A stretch of DNA of 64,000 nt from Nitrospirota bacterium (GTDB lineage: Bacteria; Nitrospirota; Nitrospiria; Nitrospirales; Nitrospiraceae). The position numbers were made by a program, and so were the translations under genes. The stretch is from positions 32,001-96,000 of the forward strand of contig CAVPGK010000012.1 in the NCBI GenBank assembly GCA_963703955.1, in the 5' to 3' direction. How positions within the stretch are numbered: the stretch's first letter is position 1; every line of letters starts with the position of its first letter. Below are positions 42,265 to 51,333 of this stretch, in pieces. Under the pieces are notes generated by a model. The model did no database searches and had not been told where the DNA came from. It saw only the letters and a program-made list of their open reading frames with translations.

Positions 42265-43080
42265 CTATGGATGGCTCGCTTCTCGCGATCGCTTGGCGAA
42301 ACGATCCTTCAGCTTTTGACGGGCTTGTTCGGCCTGCTCAAACATCTTGCATTTGTCATAGGTGCTGATTAAGTTGTAATAGGCCAACGGCTCATCCGGG
42401 TTGTGTTCCACGGCCTCTTCCATGACCTTGATCGCGAGGTCCATTTTCTTGTGGTTCAACGCTATTTCCATCAATTTGAAGCTGGACTCCAGATTCTTAG
42501 GGTCTAATTCCAAGACCTTCAGGTAGCACTGCATGGCCATATCAATGGTATTGTAATCGGAGACCGCAGGATTATCCAACTCGACATAGACGCCAGCGAG
42601 GTTATACCACGCCACGGGGTCTTCAGGAGTCACCTCGACCAGCCGCTCGTAGTACCCCTTCGCGTCCATAAACTTTCGCTTGTCGGAGTAGACACGCCCC
42701 AAATTAAAGAGCGCCAGGACATCGTCCCGATAGATCTCAAGCGCCTTCTTGAATTGCGACTCGGCCTCGTCGATCATTCCCTTGGTGCCGTAAATCGTCC
42801 CGAGGTTCGAATAATACATGGCGAGCGAGCGGTTCATCTCGGCCCTCAGGCCTTCCGCCATCTCAATCGATTTCTTGACTTCGGTGAGTGCGTCGTCCAG
42901 CCGGCCCTTACTGAAATACAGTTCCCCCAACCGGCAACGGGCTTGAAAATCGTCCGCTTCGGTCGCGAGAAGTTTTTCCAGCTCCGCGATTTCTTCGTCC
43001 GGCGCCAACGGCCGATCGGCCTGCTCCGTCGCCGCGCCGCCGGCTTCGGTCTGCCCGGGAGGCTTTTGTTCGTCCATCAT
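42265..43080 (-). CDS. Tetratricopeptide-repeat protein
   Basis: Multiple TPR units (YYSNLGTIY, ALFNLGRVY, AWYNLAGVY, AYYNL); start uncertain. Confidence 0.88.
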   Translation of the reverse strand: MMDEQKPPGQTEAGGAATEQADRPLAPDEEIAELEKLLATEADDFQARCRLGELYFSKGRLDDALTEVKKSIEMAEGLRAEMNRSLAMYYSNLGTIYGTKGMIDEAESQFKKALEIYRDDVLALFNLGRVYSDKRKFMDAKGYYERLVEVTPEDPVAWYNLAGVYVELDNPAVSDYNTIDMAMQCYLKVLELDPKNLESSFKLMEIALNHKKMDLAIKVMEEAVEHNPDEPLAYYNLISTYDKCKMFEQAEQARQKLKDRFAKRSREASHP

Positions 43081-43094
43081 CACCCCTATTCCGA

Positions 43095-44213
43095 TCAAGA
43101 GATGCGTTCGCCAACCATCGGCCCCGCCGACCCGGCTAAAGCCCTTTCTCCAACAGTCTGATTCACCGCCACGCTAACCCGCCGTTTATCCAGGTTCAGC
43201 AACATGAATCCGAGCATGACCATGAGCGTCAAATGCGACAGTTGCAACGCGTAGCCGGCCATGTACATCAATCCAAGCCCGTACCCGGCCAGACGCCCCA
43301 TCGTGATTTGTTTCAACACGGCGTACGACCAACAAAACAAGCCGGCGACATAGAAGGCAAACGGCAAATAGAACGTGTAGCCCATACCCATTTGGAAGAT
43401 CCACCCGATACCTTCTCCCGCCTTTCGAATACTTTCGGCAACCGCTGGGTCATACCGCGCGAGAACGTAATCCAAAAACAGAAGCGCCAGAAAGACGGCC
43501 GCTCCGATACTTGCAAACAAAATCACGCGCCGACGCTGCCGGACGTTTTTGCTCCTCAGGGAAATGTCGCCGTAGGCCCACAAAAGGAGAATGCTCGAGA
43601 GGACGATCAGCGCTTCGCCGGCGCGGTTGACCTCGTGGACCAGCGGAGGGATGGACGACAGCCCAAGAAACCCGTAGGCGGTCGACACCGTCTGGTAATA
43701 GAGCCAACTGAATACGCCGAGAAGAAAGCACAGGATGGTCACCCGCTGGATCCAGAGTGGATGCGTCCTGAAATATTCCAGCGCGAGGATGATCAACACC
43801 GCGACCGAGACGACATTGTAAATGATTCCCCCCAACATCGCGGGAGGGACAATGAGAAACGCCACCGTCAGGACCATGAGGAGAGCCATGACGGGGATCA
43901 ACCATGCCTCGTACCGGCTGCCAGCGGCTTCTTTCATTTTGCTGAACAACAGAAGAGAGATGGCAAGAAATACGAGCAAGGAGACAAAATTCAGCAGCGC
44001 AAATCCGATCGAGGAGAGCCCTTTAAACAGGAGCCGGACAACCTCATACTTGGCCGCCAACTTGCTGAGATGCATCCCAAGACGTGAGACCAGACGATAG
44101 AGGATGAGTTCCAGAAAACTGGCGAGCAGGAGAAATTTAATCGTGTATTCGAACAACATGCCCTGCTCGTCAACCTTTCCGCCTCCTTTCTCTAACGCTG
44201 TGGCTTCTACCAT
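43095..44213 (-). CDS. Polytopic membrane protein of unknown function
   Basis: About 10 hydrophobic segments; start at MVEAT (44213) avoids overlap with the upstream gene. Confidence 0.8.
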   Translation of the reverse strand: MVEATALEKGGGKVDEQGMLFEYTIKFLLLASFLELILYRLVSRLGMHLSKLAAKYEVVRLLFKGLSSIGFALLNFVSLLVFLAISLLLFSKMKEAAGSRYEAWLIPVMALLMVLTVAFLIVPPAMLGGIIYNVVSVAVLIILALEYFRTHPLWIQRVTILCFLLGVFSWLYYQTVSTAYGFLGLSSIPPLVHEVNRAGEALIVLSSILLLWAYGDISLRSKNVRQRRRVILFASIGAAVFLALLFLDYVLARYDPAVAESIRKAGEGIGWIFQMGMGYTFYLPFAFYVAGLFCWSYAVLKQITMGRLAGYGLGLMYMAGYALQLSHLTLMVMLGFMLLNLDKRRVSVAVNQTVGERALAGSAGPMVGERIS

Positions 44214-44232
44214 GGATCGATCCCACCACCCC

Positions 44233-46014
44233 TCAGGAGCCGGTCGCCTGCGGAACCTGTCTGGCTTGAGCTTGGGCCCGAGCGATATAAAGCAGCCCAT
44301 CCGCCATCGAGTAGTTGAAAGGCAACTCGCAGACGACTTCGCTGATCTTCTCATAGACATGCTGATATAACTTCTCAGCCTGGTCCGGAGTCATTCCTTC
44401 CTGCACCTCGTAAAAGAACCCGAGACTGAGATCCTCGGAAGCCGGTCTCATGATGCGTCGAATCCCGTAGCCGCCCGGATCGCTCATGATAGGGGCTTCT
44501 TTTTCGAGATCAAAGAGGCAGGGCTGGCACGAAAATCCGTAAGAGGAATTGAGTCGAGTGTTGTCGACGATAAAATTCATCGTCTCCAGCGCCTCATCCT
44601 CCTTCTCGGTCGGGAAGCCGACAATAATGTAACAATGAATCGCAATGCCGAGATCCAAGCAGTCTTCGGTAATGCGACGGACGCTCTCCTGTTTGATCCC
44701 CTTCTTCATGAAATCCATTACCCGCTGGTTGAACGATTCCAGACCGTAGACGATCTTGAGGCACCCGGCATCCCGCATCAAGGTCAATAAGTCCCTCGAT
44801 AGGTTCTTCTCAAACCGCATCTCGGCTGTCCATTGAAGGCTCAGGTTCCGCTCGAGCATTTGCTGGCACAGACGTTTCGTGGGGGAGAGAGCCAGGCACT
44901 CATCCGTAAAGAAAAAATACGGCGTCTGATATTTCTCGGAGAGCATCTGGAGATCATCGACCGTTTTCCCCGGATCTTTTTGCCTGAAATTTTGGTGATC
45001 CAACGTGAGCGCGCAGAACGCACAATCTTTGTAGTAGCACCCACGGGAGAACTGGACCGGCAATACCGTCCCGGGCGCCAAGTATTTTCCGAGCGGAAAC
45101 CCGTCGTAGTTGGGTGCCGGCACTTCGTTGATGTTTTCCGAATAGAACGGCTGATTAACCGTAATTTTCCCGTTCTGCCGGTAGATCAAGTTCGGAACTT
45201 TGCTCATGTCCCGCTTGCCGCTCAGCTGATTGACCAGCTCTAACAGAGCGGTTTCACCCTCGAACACGATAAAATCATCCGTTAATTCAAAGAGGCTCGT
45301 GCAGCGTCTCAGGTTGTCGACCAATCGCGTGAAAATGCTGCCGCCTATAGTGAGGTGGACATGGGGGTTGGCTTCTTTGATCAAACGGCACAGCGTTAGC
45401 CCCGGAACAATCTGTGATGTCGCGGTGATCGAGACGCCGATCAAGTCAGGTCGGTCGTCCAAAATAGAAGTCAGAATCCGATCTCTGAACAGATCGACGT
45501 AAGGATTCTGCCCTTCGTCCTTGATCGCCTTGACGATATCTCTGGAAGAATAGATGGAATAACTGCTGAATTGATTGTCGACCACAGTCATCCGACTCGG
45601 AAAGTACAGGGTGGAGACGAGTTCCAACCACTTATCAATGAGGAACAGACTTTCCCGGTAGCGATCGACGTCATAGAATTCTTCTCCCCTGAGGACCTCC
45701 TTCGCCGGCTCAATGCGGTCGATGAGATAAGGGAATCGGTCCAAGGATTCGACGACGCGCGTATAATGCTCCTGGCTGTTCGGACCGGTTTCCCCTTGCG
45801 CTTCCCGCTCCAGTTTTTTGACCTTATCCAGAAGCCGAGGGTACACTTCCCGACCATAGGTCTGGGTCAACAGGTTGTCGAGAACCTCAATGTTGAGGTC
45901 GCGCTGGGTGACCGTCTTGACCCCGGCCTGGTCCAAGAAACCGGTCAAGGAAGGGAGACTGAGATAGGGTTGCGAAGGGTGCCAACTCGGCGGAAATAAA
46001 AGGGAGATTTTCAC
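44233..46014 (-). CDS. Cobalamin (B12)-binding-domain radical SAM enzyme
   Basis: PYLSLPSL and PDLIGVS..TIGG..FEGETAL B12-binding pattern; SRGCYYKDCAFC (CxxxCxxC); FFTDE, GLESFN, IVGFPTE. Confidence 0.92.
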   Translation of the reverse strand: MKISLLFPPSWHPSQPYLSLPSLTGFLDQAGVKTVTQRDLNIEVLDNLLTQTYGREVYPRLLDKVKKLEREAQGETGPNSQEHYTRVVESLDRFPYLIDRIEPAKEVLRGEEFYDVDRYRESLFLIDKWLELVSTLYFPSRMTVVDNQFSSYSIYSSRDIVKAIKDEGQNPYVDLFRDRILTSILDDRPDLIGVSITATSQIVPGLTLCRLIKEANPHVHLTIGGSIFTRLVDNLRRCTSLFELTDDFIVFEGETALLELVNQLSGKRDMSKVPNLIYRQNGKITVNQPFYSENINEVPAPNYDGFPLGKYLAPGTVLPVQFSRGCYYKDCAFCALTLDHQNFRQKDPGKTVDDLQMLSEKYQTPYFFFTDECLALSPTKRLCQQMLERNLSLQWTAEMRFEKNLSRDLLTLMRDAGCLKIVYGLESFNQRVMDFMKKGIKQESVRRITEDCLDLGIAIHCYIIVGFPTEKEDEALETMNFIVDNTRLNSSYGFSCQPCLFDLEKEAPIMSDPGGYGIRRIMRPASEDLSLGFFYEVQEGMTPDQAEKLYQHVYEKISEVVCELPFNYSMADGLLYIARAQAQARQVPQATGS

Positions 46015-46129
46015 AAGGCCCTCAAGAAAAGCATGAAAGTGCCCTCATTTCTTATACACCCTCCTCTCTTTCCAATGCAACTGCCTTGGAGAGACGTTCG
46101 GTGAGAAATGCTGCGACAGGAACGCAGAG

Positions 46130-46182
46130 AAAAAAAACCCCGAATTACCCTGCCCATTCAGGCAAGCAACTCGGGGCTTTTT
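46130..46182 (-). terminator. Rho-independent terminator after the EbdC-like gene
   Basis: Minus strand CCCCGAGTTGCTTGCC..GGCAGGGTAATTCGGGG followed by T8. Confidence 0.8.
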
Positions 46183-46201
46183 CAATTCGCTAACGAAGAG
46201 A

Positions 46202-47155
46202 TCAGGGCAGCTTCAACGTGAACCAGGTTGAGATACCCTTCATGCCATTCCGCTCTACGTTGCTCCCGTCCCACACGGCAAAGGCCACAGGAACCGATGC
46301 GCCCGCTTTGAATTGCACATCGTTGGCATCGTTGGTGGTGAGCGGCCGCTTCACCACAATCCGCCAGGTCGGGCCGACGCAGCATCCGCCCTTGATCGAT
46401 CCGGCTGGTTCCCACAGGCCGTTTCCGATGACATCCTGGTGGGCTTGCGTGGTCAAAGTGCTAAAGCCATTGGAATTCAAATCTTCCACGGAACTCACTC
46501 GCAGCGTGGGATCCGACATGATGTTCCCGGACCAAATCCCAGGGTTGAACGGCCCAAGGCTCCGGCCGATACGATCCGGATAGGTCACGCCGCCGGCGGG
46601 CTCCTCAAAGTAGTAGTCCCAGAAGATCCCCGGGTATTGATCATCCACATCCCAAATACCGGCGCTGTCCTTGCCCAAATCCTTTTGCCACTCGGCGTTC
46701 CAGCGCCAGATGTTCACGGTGCCGCCGGACTGCCCCATACACTGGAAGGGGGGAGCGCCTGAGGTGCTGACCGGGAACTGAAGAGCAGCCTGGTCACGAA
46801 AGTCCTGAGGTCCGATCGTGGTGTTATTGAGCGTCTGATCTGACCAGTCCAACCGGAAGCCGATCTCTTTTCCGTTGGTCACTGCCTTTACGAACACGGA
46901 CTTCACCGCGATATTGGGATGCATCGGGGTGGTGATCGTCTGACCGCTCAACGGCACGACCACGCCCGGCACTCCCTCCCAGATGGGATTCGCTCCGTCC
47001 ATGGGAATTGGCCCCTTGATTGACTTCACCGGAATGGTCACGGGCTGGCTCACCGCCAGTGGCACCTGGCCGATCGTCAGCATGATGCCGACGATCAACG
47101 CAGTGAGGAGAATGCCAAACACTATTTTTTTGTTACGTGTCTGCACCACGCTCAT
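46202..47155 (-). CDS. EbdC-like heme-b subunit (NxrC candidate), intact
   Basis: N-terminal TM/signal; FRDQAALQFP, FQCMGQ, VNIWRW, AFAVWDGSNVERNGMK; adjacent to a TorD-like chaperone. Confidence 0.85.
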   Translation of the reverse strand: MSVVQTRNKKIVFGILLTALIVGIMLTIGQVPLAVSQPVTIPVKSIKGPIPMDGANPIWEGVPGVVVPLSGQTITTPMHPNIAVKSVFVKAVTNGKEIGFRLDWSDQTLNNTTIGPQDFRDQAALQFPVSTSGAPPFQCMGQSGGTVNIWRWNAEWQKDLGKDSAGIWDVDDQYPGIFWDYYFEEPAGGVTYPDRIGRSLGPFNPGIWSGNIMSDPTLRVSSVEDLNSNGFSTLTTQAHQDVIGNGLWEPAGSIKGGCCVGPTWRIVVKRPLTTNDANDVQFKAGASVPVAFAVWDGSNVERNGMKGISTWFTLKLP

Positions 47156-47237
47156 ATGAATATGCCCTCCCCCTGATTAAAGTTTTAATAACTGCTGGAC
47201 ATGACGCCCACAAACAAAAGCGAGAATTCCCGTACTA

Positions 47238-48200
47238 TCAAGCGGTCCCCACTGGTCCCGACTCATCCTTGGTCTTTTCTTTTTGGTCCATGAATGATTG
47301 GGCCCCGACTTCGTCTAAAAGCATGTTCAATTCATTACCTTGATCCTGCGCGCCACACTCATAGGTCTGACCCTCGGGTGCGTTGAAGGTTGCCGGACGA
47401 TAATCAGCTTCGGAGTAGGGCTTCGGAGTCACACCCAGATATGCGGCGTCGAATTCGATCCAGTCCGAGGTTAACTCCGCCATGTACCGGAAGAACCCGG
47501 TATCCGCCTTCTTCACCAACATCCGGGCGAAGAGCGGCACCCAGCGGCCGATGTGTTCCTTGATGAATTTCTTTTGCGCATCGACGACGATCTGAGTCTT
47601 GTCGGGTCCGTCATGGCACCGTGCGTACGACTCTTTGTACGCGAGGAAGTGCATGAACTCCAGCTCGACACTGAGATGGTCCATCCGCTCATGAATGTCA
47701 CGAGACAGCTCCACACCGAACGCTTTGTAGAAACCGGCAATGTCTCCCATCACATGGGCTTGACCGAAGACGTGATCATTGCCGAACAGCGTTTCATAGG
47801 GAGGGCAATCGAGGGTGATGACGTTGCTGAAAACTCGGCGGTGCTCAGCCTGTAAATCGGTCACCTGCCAATTCGTACACTCAGACGCCACCCACCCTTC
47901 AATCTGGTCCAGCTCTCGAGACAGCGCAGCCAACCTCTTCTTCATGCTGTCGCCGCCGATCCTATCGAGCGATTGGGTCAGGCTCTGAATGGCCGAACGG
48001 CCGTCTTCAACAAACTCCCCGCTCTGGAGGTAATCCAAAAACTCGTCATCCTCCGGGTACAACATGGACCACGATACCAGGAGATACAGCTTGCTCCGAC
48101 CTAATGCGCGTTCAACAGCGGGAGAATCTTTGAGAGCCACCGGGCTGGGAGGTATTTTGGAGGATTCCAGCACTCTTCTTTCACTTTCCTTCATGTTCAT
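47238..48200 (-). CDS. TorD/DmsD-family molybdoenzyme chaperone
   Basis: CPPYET, IAGFYKAFG, ERMDHLSVELEFMHFL, FIKEHIGRWVP; AAGGAG RBS before 48200. Confidence 0.88.
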   Translation of the reverse strand: MNMKESERRVLESSKIPPSPVALKDSPAVERALGRSKLYLLVSWSMLYPEDDEFLDYLQSGEFVEDGRSAIQSLTQSLDRIGGDSMKKRLAALSRELDQIEGWVASECTNWQVTDLQAEHRRVFSNVITLDCPPYETLFGNDHVFGQAHVMGDIAGFYKAFGVELSRDIHERMDHLSVELEFMHFLAYKESYARCHDGPDKTQIVVDAQKKFIKEHIGRWVPLFARMLVKKADTGFFRYMAELTSDWIEFDAAYLGVTPKPYSEADYRPATFNAPEGQTYECGAQDQGNELNMLLDEVGAQSFMDQKEKTKDESGPVGTA

Positions 48201-48292
48201 CTCACTCTCCTTACAGCTCGACGCTCGAATTCCGGCATTCACGTTCGCGCTCTCGGACTTCGAACTTCGATCTTTCAGGCGCTGGCTCGGCT

Positions 48293-48321
48293 ATCATAGG
48301 AAATGCGATATTTGAAGTCAA
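48293..48321 (-). promoter_or_regulatory. Sigma70 promoter for the chaperone/EbdC-like transcript
   Basis: Minus strand TTGACT, 17 bp spacer, TATGAT. Confidence 0.6.
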
Positions 48322-48410
48322 GCGAGAACTCGACACGCTCAATTATCGAACTCATTGTTTCTGAAAGACATTCTGACGCCCACCTCATCGACCTCAGATT
48401 CATCAGGATG

Positions 48411-49016
48411 TCATAGCGTCGCTTCGCCCGGCGTTAGATGTCGAACCGGGCGCACCTTGATGGCAATGCGGTCATTGACCGTTTTGCATGTATATTCGCA
48501 AAGCCCGCACCCCACGCAGCGGTCTCCATCAACGACCACCCGCAGCGCGGTGAAGTCCATTGCGAGCGCTCCAGTCGGGCATTGCGAGACACAGGCGTTG
48601 CACCCCTGATCAGCCGTGCAACTTCGCTGCGAGACGACAGCTACCCCCATCTTGATCAGGTTCAGGCTTTCGGGAAACAGGAGCGCGTCAGTCGCGCAGG
48701 CGGCCACGCAGGGAAGCGTCTCGCAGAAGTGACATGGAATCTCGTCTGGAAAGAGAACCGGCGAGCCATCTCGAACATCGAACGTAATACTTTCATAGGG
48801 ACACGCTTTCATGCAGTCCCCGCATCGTGTGCATCGCTCGAGAAACAGCGCCTCCCCCACGGCTCCGGGAGGGCGCAACCAATCCGTTCTCGGGGGCGGC
48901 GCTTGCTGTTCAGGGGGCGCATCACGGTGCTTGACGAATTCCTGCGCGGTCTTCGCAAAGGAGATCAGAGAGTCTTTCAGGAAATGACGACGTCCGTACT
49001 GTGGTTCAGCGGGCAT
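48411..49016 (-). CDS. NapF/NapG/MauM-family polyferredoxin
   Basis: LRPPGA, CTRCGDCMKACP, CHFCETLPCVAAC, CNACVSQCP, CVGCGLCEYTC; N-terminal GRRHFLK. Confidence 0.88.
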   Translation of the reverse strand: MPAEPQYGRRHFLKDSLISFAKTAQEFVKHRDAPPEQQAPPPRTDWLRPPGAVGEALFLERCTRCGDCMKACPYESITFDVRDGSPVLFPDEIPCHFCETLPCVAACATDALLFPESLNLIKMGVAVVSQRSCTADQGCNACVSQCPTGALAMDFTALRVVVDGDRCVGCGLCEYTCKTVNDRIAIKVRPVRHLTPGEATL

Positions 49017-49023
49017 CTGCGAC

Positions 49024-50022
49024 CTACATCACGCCCTCGGCGCGCAACTTATAGACCTCGACGCAGCGATCGCACGCTCCGTACTCGGTGTCCCATCCAG
49101 GATGATTTTCTCGGATGAAATCGAGGACATGCTTTTCCACCTTCTTATCGAGATCTTCCACCCAGTCATAGGTCGGGAATCGGCAGAGCGGGCAGGGAAA
49201 CCCCGGCATGAGCATCACCTTATTTTGTGCCGGGGGAACCTCCCCTCCTTCCACTTCGACTGCTCGGTCCATGACCCGCAACGTGTCGCTGGCCATTTCG
49301 ACCAATTCCGAATGCGTGATCATATCCGCTTGCCATAACCCTTCGAAGACGGACTTGAGTTGGATCGGAGGGATTTTTCGGTACCAGGATCGGAACTCTT
49401 TGAATCGATCCTCCCGGCTCAACATGGGGTCCTTGCCCGCCCGGATGAGCCGACTATCGATATTGAGGCACCAGAGGACGCGATAACGGTGGAGAATCAA
49501 CGTTTCTTCTCCGGGGTTCTGTCCAACCTTCGTGTCGGGATCGTAGTTGAAATTCTGATCTAAAAGATCCGCGATATGGGTCAATTCGTGGCGACAGTAT
49601 CGGCTCAAAGCCGGATCATAAAAACGACGCGGGATGAGCTTGATCCCGACCCCCTTGAGCCCTTTTTCCTCAAATTGCTTTGCCAGGTCCTGTTCAACCG
49701 ATCCCCATTTTCTCAGGATGTCGACGCCCTCCTGATCTTCTTTGAGGACTCCCTTGATCAACACAATTCCCACCTTTTCCTTCAGCGACGGGAACTCGTT
49801 GAATGCATCACGAATGATGTCTGAAAACCCCCAAATCCCGAACAGGTACTGGTAGAGCTTCTTGAACTCCGACTCACGGTCGTCCAACGAGAACTTTTCA
49901 TAGATCGGGTCGGCCAGTTCGTGGAACTCTTTGTAGTAGGTCGGATCGCCCTCGCGTTCCGTTTTCTCCACGAACGAGTCAATCACTTCTTGCAGCAAGG
50001 CTGGTTGGAACCGGATTTCCAT
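49024..50022 (-). CDS. Hypothetical protein with an HExxH motif and a C-terminal Cys4 metal site
   Basis: RHELTHIAD; CPLC...CDRC; strong coding bias; stop 7 bp before the ferredoxin start. Confidence 0.8.
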   Translation of the reverse strand: MEIRFQPALLQEVIDSFVEKTEREGDPTYYKEFHELADPIYEKFSLDDRESEFKKLYQYLFGIWGFSDIIRDAFNEFPSLKEKVGIVLIKGVLKEDQEGVDILRKWGSVEQDLAKQFEEKGLKGVGIKLIPRRFYDPALSRYCRHELTHIADLLDQNFNYDPDTKVGQNPGEETLILHRYRVLWCLNIDSRLIRAGKDPMLSREDRFKEFRSWYRKIPPIQLKSVFEGLWQADMITHSELVEMASDTLRVMDRAVEVEGGEVPPAQNKVMLMPGFPCPLCRFPTYDWVEDLDKKVEKHVLDFIRENHPGWDTEYGACDRCVEVYKLRAEGVM

Positions 50023-50229
50023 CGATCACACTTCTTCTTTGATTCTTGGCTTAGACGACAAACGCGGCGGCTCTTTGTGACTTGACTTGGTTTCCGACCT
50101 TCTCTTAAGATCCAGTTGTTCGCTTCCGCTTTACAGAAACTTGATTATAGCGACCGATGCGCGAGATTTGCAAACCGCTTCAGAACAGGTTCATGACGAT
50201 GATCGTCGCGAGGGAACCGAGGCATCACA

Positions 50230-51333
50230 ATGGCTGATTCTACGACCGATCCGCTCGTCGCCAGCGTGCAGGCTAGCCTTGCCACCGACGCGAACCAGCA
50301 TCCGACCATCGATCTGTTGGAATATTGGAAAACGGGAACCCGGGAGGTCAAGACGTTTCGAGGCCACACGCATGGAGTCTGGACTGTCGCATTCGCGCCT
50401 GACGGGCAGACGCTGGCCAGTGCAGGGGTTGATCGCCTCGTGCGTTTGTGGGACATCGAAACGGGGCGGATGCTGAAATCATTGCGCGGTCACACGAATG
50501 ACATTCGAGCGGCCATCTTCACGCCCGATGGACAGACCCTGGCGACCGGAAGTGATGACCGTACGATTCGTATGTGGAATCCGAAAACCGGCGAGCCCAC
50601 GAAGCTGCTCTTTACCCGCTATGACCACAATGTCGTCAGCCTATCCTTGTCCCCGGACGGTCTGATGCTCGCGCGCGGAAGCCACAACAAAGACATCAAG
50701 ATTTGGGAGGTCACAACCGGAACCGAGTTAATGACTTTGCTCGGCAAGGATCAATATGACCATCATTGGTCAGTCTGTCTAGTCTTTTCACCAGACGGCA
50801 TTCATCTGGCGAGCGGAAACGACATCGGGAAAATCAAGCTGTGGGAGGTGCTCCCAAGCGGAGAGGAAAAGATCCAGCACAACGGGCATTGGCAGGAAAC
50901 AATCGACGATGAAACCACCGAAAGCCGGGGATTCTTTGTGGAGGATGACGGCGGTTTTCAAAAGCCCATGGATTACTGGATCGGCGCGATGGTCTTCACG
51001 CCGAACGGCAAACTGCTCGTGACCGGCAGCCGGGACTCCACCATCAAGTTGTTTGAAATGCCGTTGCTGACCGAGGTTCGGACGCTGAAAGGACATGCCG
51101 GCTGGGTGCGTTCGCTCGCTGTCTCCCCGGACGGCAAGGTGCTGGTGAGCGCCAGCGATGATCAGACCGTCAAGTTCTGGGACATTGGATCCGGCCGCCA
51201 CTTCAGAACCTTGCGAGCCCATGCCGGCCCTGTGCGGTGTGTGACATTTTCGCCCGATGGCCTTCGCCTGGCAAGCGCCTCGTGGGACCGGACCGTTAAA
51301 CTGTGGGAAGGTGGGGCTGACTCGGCAACCTAG
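50230..51333 (+). CDS. WD40-repeat protein
   Basis: About seven GH...V.F.PDG..LAS.S.D..V.LW(D) repeats. Confidence 0.93.
   Translation: MADSTTDPLVASVQASLATDANQHPTIDLLEYWKTGTREVKTFRGHTHGVWTVAFAPDGQTLASAGVDRLVRLWDIETGRMLKSLRGHTNDIRAAIFTPDGQTLATGSDDRTIRMWNPKTGEPTKLLFTRYDHNVVSLSLSPDGLMLARGSHNKDIKIWEVTTGTELMTLLGKDQYDHHWSVCLVFSPDGIHLASGNDIGKIKLWEVLPSGEEKIQHNGHWQETIDDETTESRGFFVEDDGGFQKPMDYWIGAMVFTPNGKLLVTGSRDSTIKLFEMPLLTEVRTLKGHAGWVRSLAVSPDGKVLVSASDDQTVKFWDIGSGRHFRTLRAHAGPVRCVTFSPDGLRLASASWDRTVKLWEGGADSAT

Noticed and set aside
44233..50022. RiPP biosynthetic cluster (radical SAM plus HExxH protein)
   Set aside because: No precursor peptide or peptide exporter is evident, the rSAM lacks a SPASM motif, and the two genes are separated by a terminator and respiratory genes
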